This document shows, piece by piece, positions 60,149 to 64,000 of a stretch of DNA of 64,000 bases. Origin of the DNA: Candidatus Nomurabacteria bacterium (lineage in GTDB: Bacteria > Patescibacteriota > Minisyncoccia > Phycocordibacterales > UBA918). The stretch covers positions 152,985 to 216,984 of the forward strand of contig JACKGG010000001.1 in NCBI GenBank assembly GCA_020632035.1, in the 5' to 3' direction. Position 1 is the first letter of the stretch, and every line of letters starts with the position of its first letter. A model generated the notes under the pieces. The model saw nothing but the letters and a program-made list of their open reading frames with translations, searched no databases and was not told the origin of the DNA. The position numbers were made by a program, and so were the translations under genes.

Positions 60149-60192
60149 ATCGTTATTGTACGCTAATTAAAATCCTACGTAACTTGTCGATA

Positions 60193-61611
60193 CTATTGAA
60201 GTGGCGCAAAATTAGTCTTAGTTTTAGCTATTATGTCTATCTTGGTTGGCCCCACTTCGCAAAGTGAAGAAGTTATTTGGGTATAGATACGGCTTAACTC
60301 AGTCCCGGTCGGAGCGAAGTAGGCGTTGTCAGTGTACGATGCGATATTTCTGATGAACTGTTGATCAACATTATTCCCCAATCCGATGGAATAAATTTCA
60401 ATTCCACTTTCGTTTAGTGATTTGGATAATTCTTCGGCTTCTTTAACTACATCTGCATTTCCGGAAATTGTCGGTAGTCCGTCAGTCAATAGTACTAATA
60501 CTCGCCTGGCATTCTCGTTGTGCCGGTCGGATCCAAGTTCTGCTTGAGCTAATTTAAGAGCATCTACTGTATTGGTGAAGCCAGTTTCTTCGCCTGGATC
60601 GATTTTTAACTTTCTTGTAGTGTCGGCTATTGTATTATGCTGGTTGGTTAAGCCGGTGACTAAGTTTGCTTTAGAATCAAAGGTAACAACAGAAACTTGA
60701 TCATTATTCCGTAAATTATCAATAAATGTGCCGGCTGCTTCAAGGGCTTTGGTGATTGGTTGCGGAGGATTAGATCCATCGTTATTCATACTCCCAGATA
60801 AGTCAATCGCAACTGTAACATCAGTTGGTATGACACAATTCTTGATAGTTTTAGCAATTGGATTCGGCCAGGTAAAGACAATTCCTTCAGTTGACCTCGG
60901 TTCGATGTTGTCTATAAAGGTCTGTGAGGCAGTGACCGGGTCGCCTTTTTCGTTAAAGACTGTGGCCACTACTTCGATGTTATCAGCTGGAAGTAGGGTG
61001 GTGTTCTCTATATCTACATATAATTGAGGCCGACTGTCAGCACTGATCAGGTTGATATCAGTTGAGCGGAACTGGTCTCGGCCGACGGTTGACGGTAGCC
61101 AGAGTTCGGATTGTTCTAATATAACTTTAGTTTCAGTAACCGGCTCTGCGCCATCGACAAATACTCTCCCCTCAAAGATTGGGTAGATACTGTCGGGAGG
61201 AAGCACGGTTTGACCCTCCCTTTCTCCTACCATCTCTCCATTACTAAATAACTGGAAGGTGTAGTTTAGAACTGGAGCGCCAGCCTCTTTATTGGCATTC
61301 TCTACATAAGCAACGACGTTGTATTGACCTTTGGTTATTTCAAAACTTTCTGTCCAGACTACTCTTGGTGGTACTACGTCGGCCTGACAAATCTGAACAC
61401 AACCTCCCCCACAATCAACCCCAGTCTCATCACCATTGGCTGTCCGATCAAAACAATTCGGTGGTACGTAGAAATTAGTAAAAAATATCAAAACACCCAC
61501 TACTCCAAGTGACAGAAAAAGCCCAACTAGGTATTGAACACGTCGCCAAATTGCCCACGGACGAATAAAGCTCATGTAATTATTGTACCAGATTGAGTCA
61601 CCAAAATTCAT
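60193..61611 (-). CDS. Membrane-anchored von Willebrand factor type A (vWA) domain protein
   Basis: N-terminal TM; MIDAS motif VAIDLSGSMNNDGS... VLLTDGLPT. Confidence 0.65.
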   Translation of the reverse strand: MNFGDSIWYNNYMSFIRPWAIWRRVQYLVGLFLSLGVVGVLIFFTNFYVPPNCFDRTANGDETGVDCGGGCVQICQADVVPPRVVWTESFEITKGQYNVVAYVENANKEAGAPVLNYTFQLFSNGEMVGEREGQTVLPPDSIYPIFEGRVFVDGAEPVTETKVILEQSELWLPSTVGRDQFRSTDINLISADSRPQLYVDIENTTLLPADNIEVVATVFNEKGDPVTASQTFIDNIEPRSTEGIVFTWPNPIAKTIKNCVIPTDVTVAIDLSGSMNNDGSNPPQPITKALEAAGTFIDNLRNNDQVSVVTFDSKANLVTGLTNQHNTIADTTRKLKIDPGEETGFTNTVDALKLAQAELGSDRHNENARRVLVLLTDGLPTISGNADVVKEAEELSKSLNESGIEIYSIGLGNNVDQQFIRNIASYTDNAYFAPTGTELSRIYTQITSSLCEVGPTKIDIIAKTKTNFAPLQ

Positions 61612-61661
61612 CCAGGTTTTAACTTCTATTGTTCAACAAATAATTTATAAATACCCCCTAT

Positions 61662-61684
61662 TGTCCAGCACCGAGTGCTGGACA
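61662..61684. repeat. REP-like palindrome 2 (tgtccagcaccgagtgctggaca), left flank of second Y1 transposase
   Basis: Identical 23-mer also at 62393-62415. Confidence 0.7.
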
Positions 61685-61714
61685 GATTGTTTGGTAATAG
61701 TTAAAAACCACATT

Positions 61715-62386
61715 CTATATCTCAAAATCTTCTTTTGCGCCTGAATTTTCAACAAACTCCTGGTATTCTTCAAAAGACCCAAAAGTGCTAGTAATAACCT
61801 CCCCTACTAACAATTTTTTCCATCTGTTGCTGAGATAATCTTGGTAACTAGACCACGGATAAGAAATTGTATTATTTTTCCACCGTCTCAGTTCATTAGG
61901 ATTGCGATGTATATACGCTGACAGATAGGTCAATTGTTCATCACTTTCCACTAACTTTACTTTATAAGCACCTTGAAACACATGTCCTGACTTCTCATAC
62001 CGCTTATTGAAATATTGGGAATAGGCGTTGCTTAGTTTATGCATATACCTAGACAAGCCATCATCACTTAAAGTCCTCACTGTTAAATGAAAGTGGTTTG
62101 GCATTATGCAAAAATTTATTATCTCGACAAACCTCTCACTTACAATATTATCTAGATCTTTATTTTTAACCAAAAAGTCCTCTTTCTTTAGGTAATTTTT
62201 AACAAAACGATTTGTTTGAGGTAGGGAAACGGGAGACTGCATATGCATAGCAAGGAATAGAAAACGAACATAATCAGAACGGTCATAAAAAAGCGTCTGC
62301 TTTAAATTTCCTCTATTGTATACGTGGTAATAATTATCCTCAATAATTTTCAAAGATCTCATATCAACAGCATACCAGTATAGCAA
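61715..62386 (-). mobile_element. HUH Y1 tyrosine transposase, IS200/RAYT-like (paralog of 33166-33849)
   Basis: HuH motif CIMPNHFHLTVRT, Tyr region SAYIHRNP; YYHVYNRGN N-terminus like the other copy; flanked by identical 23-bp palindromes. Confidence 0.6.
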
Positions 62387-62392
62387 ACACAG

Positions 62393-62415
62393 TGTCCAGC
62401 ACCGAGTGCTGGACA
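62393..62415. repeat. REP-like palindrome 2, right flank
   Basis: tgtccagcaccgagtgctggaca. Confidence 0.7.
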
Positions 62416-62583
62416 GTACGGGTGCTTCTTACAGAAGATGTGCACCTTTTGGATAGTTTGGTTCACTAGTTCCTAAAATATTTCAAAAGGTCTTGCGCGA
62501 CATTATTTGATTTATCAAATAAGAAGTGCCCTTGTGGTGAAAATCTCCCAGACTCCCTTACCCCTTACCCCTTACCCCAAAGT

Positions 62584-62611
62584 AAAAAACCACTCGAAAT
62601 GAGTGGTTTTT
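62584..62611. terminator. Bidirectional rho-independent terminator downstream of 5S rRNA cluster
   Basis: aaaaaccactc-gaaa-tgagtggttttt. Confidence 0.65.
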
Positions 62612-62633
62612 ATATGGAGTATTTAAAAGCTCT

Positions 62634-62791
62634 AAGTTGGCGCCTACCTACTCTTCCCCTTGCGGAGTACCATCGGTGGTAGAAGACTTTGGCTTTCAAA
62701 CGAGCGAGAGAAACGAAAGTGGACCGCAGTCAATTTTCATTTACGAGCAAGTAAAAAAGTGACCGTGCCGTGTTCGGAATGAGAACGGGTG
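62634..62791 (-). pseudogene. Interrupted/variant 5S rRNA copy (3' half + about 75-nt insertion + 5S core motif, divergent 5' end)
   Basis: Shares aagttggcgcctacctactcttccccttgcggagtaccatcggtggtagaagacttt with the intact 5S, then unrelated insert, then ccgtgttcggaatgagaacgggtg. Confidence 0.5.
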
Positions 62792-62916
62792 AGCTAGTCT
62801 GGGAGACTAGCGCAAGACTCGCCCAGCAATTTTGTGAGTTTCGAGACAAAATAGCGAGCGAGTGGACAGCCGCTGTAAGAGGGACCCCTTTCGCAAATCA
62901 CCCAAAGCAAAACAAA

Positions 62917-62938
62917 AAGTCACCTTGCGGTGACTTTT
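62917..62938. terminator. Rho-independent terminator hairpin between 5S copies
   Basis: aaagtcacc-ttgc-ggtgacttt with flanking A/T runs. Confidence 0.5.
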
Positions 62939-62957
62939 CAGGAGAATTAAATGCTTA

Positions 62958-63032
62958 AAGTTGGCGCCTACCTACTCTTCCCCTTGCGGAGTACCATCGG
63001 TGGTAGAAGACTTTACTGCCGTGTTCGGAATG
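62958..63032 (-). pseudogene. Truncated 5S rRNA copy (3' about 75 nt)
   Basis: Identical to 3' two-thirds of intact 5S through ccgtgttcggaatg, then diverges. Confidence 0.55.
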
Positions 63033-63121
63033 CTCAATGTTTGTTCAAGAGCTTGCGATTGAACACAAACATTAGTCCTTTAGGGCGAACGGTCTAAAAG
63101 TTTTTAAAAATCAAGCTCTTC

Positions 63122-63233
63122 AAGTTGGCGCCTACCTACTCTTCCCCTTGCGGAGTACCATCGGTGGTAGAAGACTTTACTGCCGTGTTCGGAATGAGAA
63201 CGGGTGTACCCCTTCCCCCAAAGCACCAACTTG
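63122..63233 (-). rRNA. rrf: 5S ribosomal RNA
   Basis: Minus strand AAGTTGGTGC...CACCCGTTCTCATTCCGAACACGGCAG...GATGGTACTCC...GAGTAGGTAGGCGCCAACTT; helix I pairing of ends; matches bacterial 5S consensus (CCGAACACGG, GATGGTA). Confidence 0.8.
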
Positions 63234-63415
63234 AAAGGCTCGATTTTGATTTTAAAAAACTTTTAGTTGTGTACCCTTGAAATTGTCTCCCAGACAATTT
63301 CAATCCCTCAGCACCAACTTTAAGAATTTAATTCGTTATTTAACTTGCTTCAATCGCGTGAAATGGTGATATGTTGTCGTGAGTCCTTATACTCTGATTA
63401 GTAACATCTCGTAAA

Positions 63416-63524
63416 TGGTAGGGGTAGCAGGAATTGAACCCACCGCCTTTGCTTGATCGCACTCGTAGCGAGCTCAGGCCCTTCGCGAGAACCAGTATTC
63501 TTTGTCCATCCAAGTGGTACCCCT
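63416..63524 (-). ncRNA. tRNA-like structured element (acceptor-like stem + T-arm-like GGTTCAATTCC + encoded CCA) in 23S-5S spacer, flanked by 17-bp inverted repeats
   Basis: Minus strand AGGGGTA...GTGGGTTCAATTCCTGCTACCCCTACCA; inverted repeats caatcgcgtgaaatggt at 63351-63368 and 63562-63578; could not be folded into a canonical cloverleaf. Confidence 0.25.
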
Positions 63525-63789
63525 TGAATAAACTACTGACACTCTATACCCCCGTGAAATTACCATTTCACGCGATTGAAAATTCACATATTCAAGAGAC
63601 TCTTCGAACTCGACCTTTCAGCCGAGCATTAGGTAACACTTCACTCATCAAATTACACAGTTCAAAATCTTACAAATTGCCTGCATTTCTAGGCGCGCCA
63701 GAAAGATTTTTGGAACGGGGCTTGTGCCCAGTGACAAAAATCTTTTGCCAGCGCAACACCGAAATGCTGCAATTTTAAGGTTTTGATGT

Positions 63790-64000
<211 letters not shown>

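Noticed and set aside
62545-62568. (CCCTTAC)x3 microsatellite resembling a telomere-like repeat
   Set aside because: Only three units, intergenic and next to a terminator. There is no evidence of linear-replicon ends.
63434-63778. 114-aa plus-strand ORF in the 23S-5S spacer
   Set aside because: It lies entirely within the rRNA operon spacer and overlaps the tRNA-like element and processing-stem repeats. It has no RBS and no homology signal, so it is most likely spurious.

Overview
This 64 kb window looks like part of a small, AT-rich (roughly 40% GC) bacterial genome. It uses the standard genetic code and most genes have no Shine-Dalgarno sequence. The gene content (murC, murD, PgeF-like, RodA/FtsW, SecDF, RsmI, MetK, FolD, GuaC, many glycosyltransferases) and the unusual rRNA organisation are compatible with a Patescibacteria/CPR-like organism. 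That placement is a guess from sequence reading only.

Features by region:
- 1-23.8 kb: a large cell-surface glycan locus. It contains about 9 glycosyltransferases (GT4, GT2/GtrB-like, GT39-like), GtrA, a flippase, RmlA/RmlB, at least 6 SAM methyltransferase domains, a P-loop kinase, HAD and YvcK/CofD-like genes, and a 2-hydroxyacid dehydrogenase + cytidylyltransferase + TagF-like phosphotransferase module.
- 23.8-32.3 kb: a surface/secretion neighbourhood. It holds an LTD+PKD anchored protein, a VirD4/TraG-like ATPase with a long disordered tail, a fusion of a Cys-less L,D-transpeptidase-like domain with an S11 carboxypeptidase, a secreted glycoside-hydrolase-like protein, and hypotheticals.
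- 32.4-41.2 kb: housekeeping genes (rsmI, metK, murC, PgeF-like, murD, guaC).
- 41.2-41.85 kb: tRNA-Ile(GAU) on the minus strand, followed by an array of 3' fragments of the same tRNA that includes a perfect 151-bp tandem duplication.
- 43.09-44.55 kb: 16S rRNA on the minus strand. It is not linked to the 23S rRNA, and its 3' tail is non-canonical (the anti-Shine-Dalgarno core reads TTCC instead of CCTCC).
- 45.3-49.1 kb: a markedly GC-rich (about 50-55%) island encoding four secreted/lipoproteins.
- 49.3-61.6 kb: UMP-kinase-like, DUF805, TyrA-like, P-loop kinase, secF, secD, folD, epimerase, WbaP-like priming sugar transferase, GT4, RodA/FtsW and a vWA protein.
- 61.7-64.0 kb: a second Y1 transposase flanked by its own palindrome, then 5S rRNA with extra partial or interrupted copies and the 3' end of a 23S rRNA, all on the minus strand.

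Most notable:
- Two paralogous Y1 (HUH) transposases of the IS200/REP-associated (RAYT) type, each flanked by a different perfect palindrome. A copy of one palindrome is inserted in-frame inside murD.
- Short GC-rich hairpins are also embedded in-frame in rsmI, murD, folD and a methyltransferase.
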